Assembly: GCA_963720565.1 (NCBI GenBank)
Contig: CAVRFW010000003.1
Coordinates: forward strand, 1-64,000
Direction of reading: 5' to 3'
Origin: Candidatus Bathyarchaeota archaeon
Lineage (GTDB): Archaea > Thermoproteota > Bathyarchaeia > Bathyarchaeales > Bathycorpusculaceae
Length of the DNA: 64,000 nt
Shown: in pieces, positions 50,190 to 59,321 of the stretch
Numbering within the stretch: the stretch's first letter is position 1
Layout: each line of letters starts with the position of its first letter
The notes under the pieces: model-generated
What the model saw: the letters and a program-made list of their open reading frames with translations, nothing else
Told to the model about the DNA's origin: nothing
Databases searched by the model: none
Program-made: the position numbers and the translations under genes

Positions 50190-51640
50190 AAGAAATACTA
50201 ATAGACCCAATCACAAGACTCGAAGGCCACGGAAACATCTCCATATTCCTCAACGATGCAGGCGAAGTGGAAAACGCCTACCTGAAAATCCCCGAACTGA
50301 GAGGCTTCGAAAAATTCTGCGTCGGAAGACAAGCTGAACTCATGCCCCAACTCACAACAAGAATCTGCGGAGTCTGCCCAGTAGCACACCATTTCGCTTC
50401 TGTCAAAGCATTAGACGCTGCTTTCAATGTTGATCCTCCACAGGTAGCTAAGAAACTTCGAGAACTAATGTACGTGGGCTACATAATCTACGACCACACT
50501 CTCCACTTTTACTACTTGGGTGGTCCAGACTTCATAGTCGGTCCTGATGCACCACCTGAAAAACGAAACATCTTGGGAGTTATAGAGAAAGCAGGTATGG
50601 ATGTGGCAAAAGAAGTCATTAAACACCGAGCTTACGGACAGAGGATAACAGAGATTCTCGGCGGCAAAGCTACACATCCAGTATCTGGATTACCTGGAGG
50701 CATATCAAAACCCCTAAGCGAGGAAGGTCGCCAAGAAATCACGAAAATGGCAACTTCCAGTGTTGACTTCGCCAAACTTTCCCTAAAACTGTTCCATGAA
50801 ATTGTTTTAGGCAACAAACAATACTTGGATATGATAAAGAGCGACGCTTACACGATGAACACCTACTACATGGGCATGGTTGACGAACACAACAAAGTCA
50901 ACTTTTACGACGGAAAAATCCGAGTTGTAACTCCAAACGGAAACGAACTTTCCAAGTTTGAACCCAAAGACTATTTAGAACATATCGGCGAACACGTTGA
51001 AGAATGGACATATGCGAAGTTTCCATACTTGAAAAAAGTTGGCTGGAAAGGTCTATCATACGGAGTGGACAGCGGGGTCTACAGAGTTGGTCCGCTTGGA
51101 AGACTGAACGCTTCAGAAGGCTTATCGACACCATTGGCGCAGGCAGAGTATGAGGTTATGTACAACACTTTAGGAGGTAAACCGGTTCACGGCACCTTAG
51201 CCTTCCACTGGGCACGCTTAATCGAGTTGCTCTACGCTGCAGAAAAAGCCGTAGAACTCGCCAAAGACCCAGAGATAACGAACACAAACGTACGCAATAA
51301 ACCCGGAGAACCAGGAGAGGGCATCGGAGTGGTTGAAGCTGCAAGAGGCACACTGTATCATCATTATGTGCTGGACAAAGATGCATTGGTCAAGGACGTG
51401 AATATGATCGTGGCGACAACGAACAATTACCCTGCAATATGTATGTCAATACGCGACGCGGCAAAAGGCTTGATACACGGCGGTAAGGTTGACCAAGGCA
51501 CACTTAACATGGTGGAGATGGCTTTCAGAGCTTACGACCCATGCTTCGGATGCGCAACACATTTCGCAGTCGGACAAATGCCTATGACCATAAAAGTTTT
51601 CGACAGCCAGAAAAACCTCTTAAAGACATTGCAACGGTAG
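50186..51640 (+). CDS. mvhA: F420-non-reducing (group 3c) hydrogenase large subunit
   Basis: TRLEGHG, RICGVCPVAH, LHFYYLGGPDF, YDPCFGCATH. Confidence 0.92.
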   Translation: MKEILIDPITRLEGHGNISIFLNDAGEVENAYLKIPELRGFEKFCVGRQAELMPQLTTRICGVCPVAHHFASVKALDAAFNVDPPQVAKKLRELMYVGYIIYDHTLHFYYLGGPDFIVGPDAPPEKRNILGVIEKAGMDVAKEVIKHRAYGQRITEILGGKATHPVSGLPGGISKPLSEEGRQEITKMATSSVDFAKLSLKLFHEIVLGNKQYLDMIKSDAYTMNTYYMGMVDEHNKVNFYDGKIRVVTPNGNELSKFEPKDYLEHIGEHVEEWTYAKFPYLKKVGWKGLSYGVDSGVYRVGPLGRLNASEGLSTPLAQAEYEVMYNTLGGKPVHGTLAFHWARLIELLYAAEKAVELAKDPEITNTNVRNKPGEPGEGIGVVEAARGTLYHHYVLDKDALVKDVNMIVATTNNYPAICMSIRDAAKGLIHGGKVDQGTLNMVEMAFRAYDPCFGCATHFAVGQMPMTIKVFDSQKNLLKTLQR

Positions 51641-51688
51641 AACCATTTTTCTTCCGCTCCTATTCTTCTATATAGTTGGCGTTTTACC

Positions 51689-52186
51689 TTGGGAAAGGCT
51701 GACCTTAAAATCCATAAGTCCTTGAAAGACTGGTTCACGGGCGCAAACAATATCGTTATAGCAGGCATAGGGAACCCCATACGAAGGGACGATTTTGTAG
51801 GCGTAAAGATTATTCAAAACATAGAAGGCAAAATCTCAAAAAATGTTCAACTAATCGAATGCGAAACCGTTCCAGAGAGTTTTCTTGAACCTATGATTGA
51901 ATTCAACCCGTCACACGTTCTCCTAATAGACGCCGCAATTCTAGGATCAGAACCAGGGGACATAAGCCTAATCGACCCTGAGAGCGTCGCAGAAGTTCCC
52001 GCTGTAACCACACATATGCTGCCCCTGCGAATATTCTGCGAATATATAACAAAGATGACAGGTGCAAGGATCGCCTTACTTTTAGTCGAACCCGAAGACA
52101 CCGATTTTGGGGAAGGCTTGACAAAGAAGGTCCAAGCTGCAGCAGAAAAAATCGCCAAAACTCTACTCGAAATATTCCCCGTTTAG
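51689..52186 (+). CDS. hycI: hydrogenase maturation protease (HycI-like)
   Basis: GIGNPIRRDDFVG, ETVPE, IDAA, TTHMLPL. Confidence 0.88.
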   Translation: MGKADLKIHKSLKDWFTGANNIVIAGIGNPIRRDDFVGVKIIQNIEGKISKNVQLIECETVPESFLEPMIEFNPSHVLLIDAAILGSEPGDISLIDPESVAEVPAVTTHMLPLRIFCEYITKMTGARIALLLVEPEDTDFGEGLTKKVQAAAEKIAKTLLEIFPV

Positions 52187-52402
52187 CCATCTGTCTTTCT
52201 CGATCTATTAAACCTCCAAATCCAGAAGTCTTCAAACCAACGCCAACTTCCAAAGAAATTGCGTGAACGTCTTCGAAGTAATTGGTAATCCAACTGTTAG
52301 AATGAGACTCGCTTGCTCAATCGAAACTCGAAATTAATTGCATACGGTTAAGAACGCGCACTTATCACAAGGTAAAAAGGCCCGTTAATCTACAAGTAGG
52401 CT

Positions 52403-52756
52403 TCAAGTGTATTCTCTGAAGGTGTGACTGCATTTTGTGCAACGGAAGAACTGAGTTGAAGATTCATCGCCACCACGGGTCTGCACCTGCCAAACGTATA
52501 CCAGATTGTTCCCGCATTTGGGGCACTCCACCTTAAGCGTCGGCATCGTGTTAATCTTTTGTTCCTCTTTACCTATGACCGTTACCAACTGCTTTATATC
52601 GTGTTTGATAACCTTGCACGGCTTAGGCTCAACTTTATCAACCTCCACTTGCTGTTTGCACCCACACTTTGAGCAAACCAGCACAACGTCGTTCTCTTTG
52701 TCGGCTCCAGTCTTTCTTTGCTTGAAAAGAGAGCCGCATTCCGGACAAAACTCCAT
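52403..52756 (-). CDS. tfs: transcription factor S (TFS/RpoM)
   Basis: FCPECG, CPKCG, QTRGGDE acidic hairpin, FRCTKC. Confidence 0.92.
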   Translation of the reverse strand: MEFCPECGSLFKQRKTGADKENDVVLVCSKCGCKQQVEVDKVEPKPCKVIKHDIKQLVTVIGKEEQKINTMPTLKVECPKCGNNLVYVWQVQTRGGDESSTQFFRCTKCSHTFREYT

Positions 52757-53008
52757 AACGAAAACCTCTTTTTCCTCTTTATGATTGGTTTAGTCTTCCT
52801 TCATGATGCTCAAACAAATATAAGTCTTTCCGAAAAGCTCGGATCGCAATCGCCAAGCAGAAAATGAAAACTAACGTGCAACTTTAACTGTTTTCTTCTA
52901 CAATCACTCTTTCTTAGATGTATCATGATAAGGTTAAATAGCGTTCTTCGTGTAGAAATAGACTCCAACCAACCCACTCAGTACGGCTAAGGGAGGCAAG
53001 AAAGAAAA

Positions 53009-53893
53009 ATGAAGATTATTCCTGGTCCTGCTTCATTAGAACTAGGCGAAAAAATTGCCAGACTGGCAAACATAGAGAAAATTGCCGTCTCGCACAGGAC
53101 TTTTCCCGACGGCGAGTCCTACATTCGCTTAATAGGCGACGTGCAAGGCGAGCATGCAGTAATCGTACAAACGACTTGTCCTCCACAAGATACGCGACTC
53201 ATGCAGTTAGGATTTATCGCTAATGCCGCCAAAAGTAATGGGGCGCAAAAAGTCACGGCAGTGGTTCCCTATTTGGCTTATGCACGTCAAGACAAGACTT
53301 TTCTTCAAGGTGAAAACATCAGCATCGAAACTATTGCAGCTATGCTAAAGACAGCTGGAATTGATGAATTAATCACAATAAACATACATTCTGAAAATGC
53401 ACTAAGATTTTTTCCATTTCCAACCAAAAACTTGACCGCCATTCCGCTCCTAGCGCAATACTTCGTCGAAAAGGGTTTCAAGAAAGCTTTTGCTTTGGCT
53501 CCTGACAAAGGCGCCATGTACATTGCAGAACAGGCGCAAAAAATTTTGGGCGGAGACGCAGGGCACCTTGAGAAAAAACGCGACCGTTACACTGGACAAA
53601 CAATCCAGTCAGTTGCGAACCTCGACATAAAAGGGGAAGTCGTTATTATCTTCGATGATATAATCAGCACAGGCGGCACAATCGTCGGTGCAGCAAAAAT
53701 CCTCCGGGACCTCGGTGCAGCAAAAATCTTCGCGTCTTGCGTACATCCACTGTTGATCGGAGATGCTGAAAAGAGAATTCTCGATGCAGGCGTGGCAGAA
53801 ATCGTTGGAACAGATAGCGTTCCAAGCAACACCAGCCGGGTCACACTCGCTCCAATAATAGCAAGAGAATTGCAGGCGCTTGAAAGTGGCTAA
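53009..53893 (+). CDS. prs: ribose-phosphate pyrophosphokinase
   Basis: FPDGESY, PYLAYARQD, APDKGA, DDIISTGGT. Confidence 0.95.
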   Translation: MKIIPGPASLELGEKIARLANIEKIAVSHRTFPDGESYIRLIGDVQGEHAVIVQTTCPPQDTRLMQLGFIANAAKSNGAQKVTAVVPYLAYARQDKTFLQGENISIETIAAMLKTAGIDELITINIHSENALRFFPFPTKNLTAIPLLAQYFVEKGFKKAFALAPDKGAMYIAEQAQKILGGDAGHLEKKRDRYTGQTIQSVANLDIKGEVVIIFDDIISTGGTIVGAAKILRDLGAAKIFASCVHPLLIGDAEKRILDAGVAEIVGTDSVPSNTSRVTLAPIIARELQALESG

Positions 53894-54923
53894 ACTCTTT
53901 TTTCTGCTTTCAGGTGAAAATGAGACTCTTCCCGCAGCTGAACTATCCGCCATACTTGAAGCAGAAAACTTTTCGTTTAGGATAGAAGAAAAACTTGACC
54001 AGGTAGTAAGGCTCGAAGCAGACATTGAAAGTATACTATCTGTCCACCAAAGGTCAGCTTACACCATGATGAGTGCGCTTGAACTTTTCTCGTGTGATGT
54101 TCAAGAGGCTGCAATAACGGAAATGGCTAACAACACCGACTTTACGACCATTCTGAAAGCTGGGGAAAGCTTTGTGGTTCGGATAAAACGCGTAAAAGAA
54201 CACGCGCCCCAATTGGGCACGGTACCTCTTGAGTCAAAACTCGGCAAAATTATACTCAGCAAAGTACCGGAAGCAAAAGTCAACCTCAAGAAACCTGACA
54301 AAACTTTTCTGGGCATCCTCACGAGCAACCTCCTAATATTCGGCTTAAAACTGACTGAAATCCAGCCAAAAACCTACTCCGAGAGAAGACCGCGAAAAAG
54401 GCCTTTCTTCCACCCGTCAGCAATGCCCTCAAAACTAGCGCGATGTATGGTAAATCTAGCATGCGCAAAAGCCGACAGCCTCTTGTTGGATCCTTTTTGC
54501 GGAACAGGAAGCGTCATGATTGAAGCTGCCTTCGTCGGCTGCCGTGTTCTAGGTCTAGATATCCAGCGTCGAATGGCGATGGGTTGTCGTAGAAACCTCA
54601 ATCACTTTAAAATTTCTCAGGAAGGCCTAGTCATCGCTGACTCAAGAAAACTGCCATTAGCTCGCTTGGATTGCCTAGTTACGGATCCACCGTATGGACG
54701 ATCGGCTTCGACAATGAAGTCCACCACTAAACTGTTGGTTGAAGGGGTCCTAAGTTCAGCGCATCCTCTGCTTCGAAGAGGACAACGAATTTGTATAGCT
54801 TCGCCAAAAACTCTAGGCATCGCAAGAATAGGCTCTGAATTGGGGTACAAGCATTTGGAGTCACACTTCGCTTATGTTCACAGAACCCTCACACGTGAGA
54901 TAGCTGTGTTCCAGAAAGCATGA
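53880..54923 (+). CDS. THUMP-domain tRNA m2G10 methyltransferase (Trm11/TrmG10)
   Basis: RPFFHP, LDPFCGTG, TDPPYGR. Confidence 0.9.
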   Translation: MKVAKLFFLLSGENETLPAAELSAILEAENFSFRIEEKLDQVVRLEADIESILSVHQRSAYTMMSALELFSCDVQEAAITEMANNTDFTTILKAGESFVVRIKRVKEHAPQLGTVPLESKLGKIILSKVPEAKVNLKKPDKTFLGILTSNLLIFGLKLTEIQPKTYSERRPRKRPFFHPSAMPSKLARCMVNLACAKADSLLLDPFCGTGSVMIEAAFVGCRVLGLDIQRRMAMGCRRNLNHFKISQEGLVIADSRKLPLARLDCLVTDPPYGRSASTMKSTTKLLVEGVLSSAHPLLRRGQRICIASPKTLGIARIGSELGYKHLESHFAYVHRTLTREIAVFQKA

Positions 54924-54935
54924 GGTTGATGAACT

Positions 54936-55858
54936 ATGAGTATGCGCATAATTTTTCTCGGAACCGCAGGTAGCGTCCCGACATTGAAGAGAAATCTACC
55001 AGCTGTGCTTGTCTGCCGCAAAAATGATCAAATATTGTTTGACTGCGGCGAAGGCGTTCAACGTCAGATGCTTATGGCAAAGACGGGCTTTCATAAGAAT
55101 ATGAAAATATTTCTCTCACATATGCACGGCGATCACGTTCTAGGTCTGCCTGGATTAATGCAGACTATGGCTCTAATGGACAGACGAAGCAAACTTCAAG
55201 TTTACGGACCGAACGGAATAAGGCATTTTCTGAAAAGCGTCAAAGAAGCACTGCAGTTCGGCTTGACCTATCCAGTTGAAATCCACGAAATTTACAGTGC
55301 TGGAATCGTCTGTGAGAACCGGAATACACGATCGAAGCTGCAGAATCAAACCATGTTATGTCTAGTTTTGCGTACGCGTTCATAGAAAAACAAAGACCCG
55401 GCAAATTCTATCCTGAAAAAGCCAAAGCACTGGGTATTCCAGAGGGTGAAATATGGTCTAAACTGCAACGTGGAGAGAAAGTCAAATTGGCAAACGGAAA
55501 GACTGTGAAGCCTGAAGAAATCATGGGATCAAATCGCAAGGGGCGAAAAATTGTTTACACTGGAGACACTAGGCCATTCAAAGACTTTGCGAGGTTCGCA
55601 TCTGGAGCGAACTTGATTATCCACGAAGCCACTCTCGACGATACCCTTGTGGAAAAGGCTGATCAAGACGGTCACTCAACGCCCAGTCAAGCCGCTGAGC
55701 AAGCCATGAAAGCTAAGGCAAAGCGATTGATTCTAACTCATATTAGCGCCAGATATCCTGACGCAAAATTGCTGCTGGAGCAAGCTCAAAAAGGTTTCAA
55801 AAATGTGGCTATCGCCGAGGATTTCTTAGAGATTGAAATGCCATTAGAGGATACTTAA
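54936..55858 (+). CDS. rnz: ribonuclease Z, frameshift near 55320
   Basis: FLGTAG, DCGEGVQ, SHMHGDH, GP-exosite, TGDT, HEAT, HST, THISARY. Confidence 0.92.
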
Positions 55859-56640
55859 GCCAGTAGCTGCCTCAGTTTTTGAAGGCTCTCTTGTACATGT
55901 TTTACAGATTCTACAACCAAAATCTTGTCGTATGCAATATCTTTCAGGGTTTGCGCAAACTGGTTCCAATCGATTTTCCCGTCGCCTATTCCAAGATGCT
56001 GATCGTTTTCTCCCGTGTTGTCGCTCAGGTGCATGTGCACAATCTTGTCAGGCAGTCTTCTCAAGAAGAGCTCTGTATATCCTTCCAAGTTTGCATGACC
56101 TATGTCAAGGGTTATTCCTATGTCGTTTAGGTTTGTTTCTCTGTAGAATCTGATGAAGTCGTCTGGATTTCTCATTATGAAACCGTATTTTTTGGGCAAG
56201 TTTTCCAAAGCAATGTTTACCCCGTAATTCTCAGCAATTTTGTGAAGTACACGTATGCTTTCAGTGTTTTGTATCCACTCTTTACCGGGATAGAACATGC
56301 TGATTCCCGTTTGGTTGCCTGCGTGGAAAACCCAGAGTTTTGCATCCAAAGCGTTGGCGAAGGTGAGTGACTCTTCAAGTCTTCTCAAGGTGGCGTTTAG
56401 TATTGGCTTTGAGGGAGAGGCGATGTTCATATCGGCAAAAGGTGCATGCACCGTGTACTTTATAGACTTAGATTTTGCCGCTTCCTTGAGTATCGCAACC
56501 CTTTTTTTGCTCAAGGCGTGAATGCCATCGTCAACAACTTCAATGTAAGGTGTTCGTACAGTAGCTAATCGCTGAACCATCTTGCTGAAAGGCTCCGCTA
56601 AGCAGTAGAGCATTGACAATCCAATCTTGGGCTGGGGCAT
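55855..56640 (-). CDS. sugar-phosphate isomerase/epimerase (AP endonuclease 2-type TIM barrel)
   Basis: VHAPF, FHAG, LEN, LDIGHAN, HLSDN..DQHL..G.G.IDW. Confidence 0.87.
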   Translation of the reverse strand: MPQPKIGLSMLYCLAEPFSKMVQRLATVRTPYIEVVDDGIHALSKKRVAILKEAAKSKSIKYTVHAPFADMNIASPSKPILNATLRRLEESLTFANALDAKLWVFHAGNQTGISMFYPGKEWIQNTESIRVLHKIAENYGVNIALENLPKKYGFIMRNPDDFIRFYRETNLNDIGITLDIGHANLEGYTELFLRRLPDKIVHMHLSDNTGENDQHLGIGDGKIDWNQFAQTLKDIAYDKILVVESVKHVQESLQKLRQLLA

Positions 56641-56819
56641 ACATCTTTCTCCTGCTGAAACATCTTCAGGTTTTACTTTTAGGTTCGCGCTTAATAACTT
56701 GATCTGAGATTGTTGTAAATCTGAGAATTTGATGGGCTTTTTCTGCTTCACAGTTAATCGTGCTGGAATCTCACTCTCGGTGGTGAATCTTTATATAATG
56801 TGTTTTTGCTTCATGCGGT

Positions 56820-57719
56820 ATGCTTCGAGATTTGAAGGGTTTTGCCCAGTTCATCTCTGTAGAGAGAGGACTAATGCTGTTCATGATCGTTGTAGGCGCA
56901 ACCTTCTTAATGGGAGAGTCAATTATTTGGTCAAGAGCGCTTTTTCTCGGAGCGATCGCGTTCTCTATATGGAGCGCTGCAGACGCCATAAACAACTTTT
57001 TCGACGTTGACCTTGACCTTCTTTCTGATCCATTTAGAGCTGAGTATACCAAGAAGCTAGGCAAACTCGGTTTGTTCGTCTCTGGTGGATTTACCGTATT
57101 AGCGCTAGCTTTGGGCGCCTCCACCTTGTCTCCATATGTGGTGCTTCTTGTTGGTTTCGGCCTCTTGTTCGGCGTGTTGTATTCGGCTCCGCCCTTTAGA
57201 TTTAGAAAAACCGCTTACAAACCAGTTGTGAATTTCACTGTCGGTGCTGTTCCGGTCTTAATAGTTGCTGCGTTCTTCAACGCGTTCTCAACCAACACGC
57301 TGGCACTAGTATTTCTCATGGGTGTGACGACTTCAGTCAATAGTTTATGGGAGGACTTGGCAGACTACGCTTCCGACTTCAACAGCGGATCACGAACCAT
57401 TCCGGTAATACTCGGCTTCAGACGGGGGCTCTTCCTAACAATAATCATGGGCTACAGCATGATTCCACTCATGTTCTTAGTCGGGGTTCTTTTCAAGTTC
57501 AGCTGGATATACTACATCGCCCTCATAGCCATGGCAGTCTTTGTTTCACTCCGCCTTTTTCAAGAACGACTTACGTTGTTTGAAGACTACAAAACAGACA
57601 CAAAGAAGTTGTTTCAGCTTGGAGAAATACTAGCCAAGGATTTTGTGATCATAGCAATAGTTTTTACCCTAAGTCTGATGGTAAGCAGTATGCTCAGAAT
57701 TAACCCGATTTTGTTCTGA
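56820..57719 (+). CDS. UbiA-family prenyltransferase
   Basis: NNFFDVDLD, YSAPP, EDLADYASD..G.RTIPV; multi-TM. Confidence 0.88.
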   Translation: MLRDLKGFAQFISVERGLMLFMIVVGATFLMGESIIWSRALFLGAIAFSIWSAADAINNFFDVDLDLLSDPFRAEYTKKLGKLGLFVSGGFTVLALALGASTLSPYVVLLVGFGLLFGVLYSAPPFRFRKTAYKPVVNFTVGAVPVLIVAAFFNAFSTNTLALVFLMGVTTSVNSLWEDLADYASDFNSGSRTIPVILGFRRGLFLTIIMGYSMIPLMFLVGVLFKFSWIYYIALIAMAVFVSLRLFQERLTLFEDYKTDTKKLFQLGEILAKDFVIIAIVFTLSLMVSSMLRINPILF

Positions 57720-57939
57720 CTTCTCACACCCGACATTGGTATTAAACAGGTTTTGTCCAAATCATATAACTTAGCCAATCATGTTCGTACGGAATACCCA
57801 CTGCAGGGAAGTGTCTCGCGTCTTTCTAGACCCAATATAGAACACCCGTCGAAAAGGGAATGGCTATCTGAGATGACCTTCAACTTATAAATCTGTTCGT
57901 TTTCTATTCTGTAAAAGAATCGAAATCGGGATCTTCAAA

Positions 57940-58548
57940 ATGGCATCACCTATCGAGCTTATTGGAGTGTTGGTTGGCTCTTTCTTGATAAATCTTGTTC
58001 CCTTTGCCGGTCCATCCAACCTTTTCATAGCATCCACAGCCGCTTTAACGGTGCAATCTGACCCGTTTTCACTGGGCTTTCTGGTAGCTCTAGGTGCGAC
58101 TCTAGCCAAAAGTGTACATTACGTGGTCACTTTCTTCATAGGCAAACACATAGGCGAAAAACGCAGAGAACGCATTGATACTGAAACCCAAAAAATTAAG
58201 CGCTGGGCTTTCTTTCTGCTCTTCGCTGCCGCTGCCTCGCCAATTCCTGACGAACCAGTAGTTGTACCTCTGGGATTAATGAAGTACAGTCCAGCAAAAT
58301 TCTTTGCAGCTTTCTTTTCAGGCAAAATCATTATAACTGTAATTGGCGCATCCTTGGGAGGCTGGACGGGAGAAGTCTTTTCCCCATTCATAAGCCAAGA
58401 AGTTCTGGCAGTCATCTCCATAACTCTCACGATAGTCATCACTATTTTGCTGTTGAAGGTTGACACTGCAAAAATAATTGAGAAACTCTTTAGAAGGAAA
58501 AACGGTCCCTCGCAGAAAACAGAGAGTGAGAAGGTTAATATCTCCTAA
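57940..58548 (+). CDS. VTT/DedA-family membrane protein
   Basis: NLVPFAGP, SPIPDE, LGLMKY, GK; hydrophobic. Confidence 0.8.
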   Translation: MASPIELIGVLVGSFLINLVPFAGPSNLFIASTAALTVQSDPFSLGFLVALGATLAKSVHYVVTFFIGKHIGEKRRERIDTETQKIKRWAFFLLFAAAASPIPDEPVVVPLGLMKYSPAKFFAAFFSGKIIITVIGASLGGWTGEVFSPFISQEVLAVISITLTIVITILLLKVDTAKIIEKLFRRKNGPSQKTESEKVNIS

Positions 58549-58594
58549 GAACACGCATTGAAAATGCGCAAAACACTATTTCGGGAGATCTGCT

Positions 58595-59098
58595 ATGCCA
58601 CAAAAAAAGCAAAGATACTCCATAAGATCCAAGGAAGCTAGACTTGTCGTAAGGGAGATTTCTGAAAGGCTGAAAATCAACATTGAAGATATAATTGGTT
58701 TGAAACCCAAATTTGAAATCGCCGAAACGGATTCTGTGAAAATATATCTCCTAAACGGAAGACCAATTTTCCAGAGGCTTGAAGAAAAAATTCTACCGAC
58801 GCTTCTTTTCACGGAACTATATGATCGATTGCCTAAAATCGTTGTTGATATGGGCGCGGTTCCTTATGTTTGCAAGGGAGCCGATATTATGGCGCCAGGC
58901 ATAGTTCGCATAGAAGGTGAATTCTTCAAAGGAGACCTTGTTCTGGTTTTGGATGAAAAACACGGCAAAATGCTTGCTCTATGCGAGACCCTTTACGACG
59001 CCGAAAAAGCAAGAAACACAAAGAAGGGTGCTGTGGCAAGAAGCCTCCATTTTGTTAGCGACAAAATATGGGATTATGCCAAGACTCTAACTGAATAA
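58595..59098 (+). CDS. PUA-domain RNA-binding protein (pre-PUA/DUF1947, MCT-1-like)
   Basis: PTL, VVDMGAVPYVCKGADIMAPGI, HFVSDKIW. Confidence 0.9.
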   Translation: MPQKKQRYSIRSKEARLVVREISERLKINIEDIIGLKPKFEIAETDSVKIYLLNGRPIFQRLEEKILPTLLFTELYDRLPKIVVDMGAVPYVCKGADIMAPGIVRIEGEFFKGDLVLVLDEKHGKMLALCETLYDAEKARNTKKGAVARSLHFVSDKIWDYAKTLTE

Positions 59099-59321
59099 CA
59101 AGACTCCATTGCAGCCGCGGTTGGTCTTTTTGCTTAGTAAGCATCAGAGCTTTTCAAGTCTTCATAGAGATGAAAACGCGTCATTGTATTGTCGAATGTC
59201 AGAAGGAAATTTGCTGTCTAGTATCAACTCGAAAATTATTTCCAAGCCCGATTTAAAGTTTATATAGGAACAAAACTCTGTTTCAACCGGTTTAACATCA
59301 CAATCATAAGGAGGATTCTGT

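Noticed and set aside
46123..51640. Selenocysteine [NiFeSe] hydrogenase or split VhuU-type subunit
   Set aside because: Both large subunits have complete all-Cys DPCxxCxxH motifs with no in-frame TGA
52183..52293. 36-aa Trp/Arg-rich minus-strand ORF downstream of tfs
   Set aside because: No RBS or motif; cannot be told from chance
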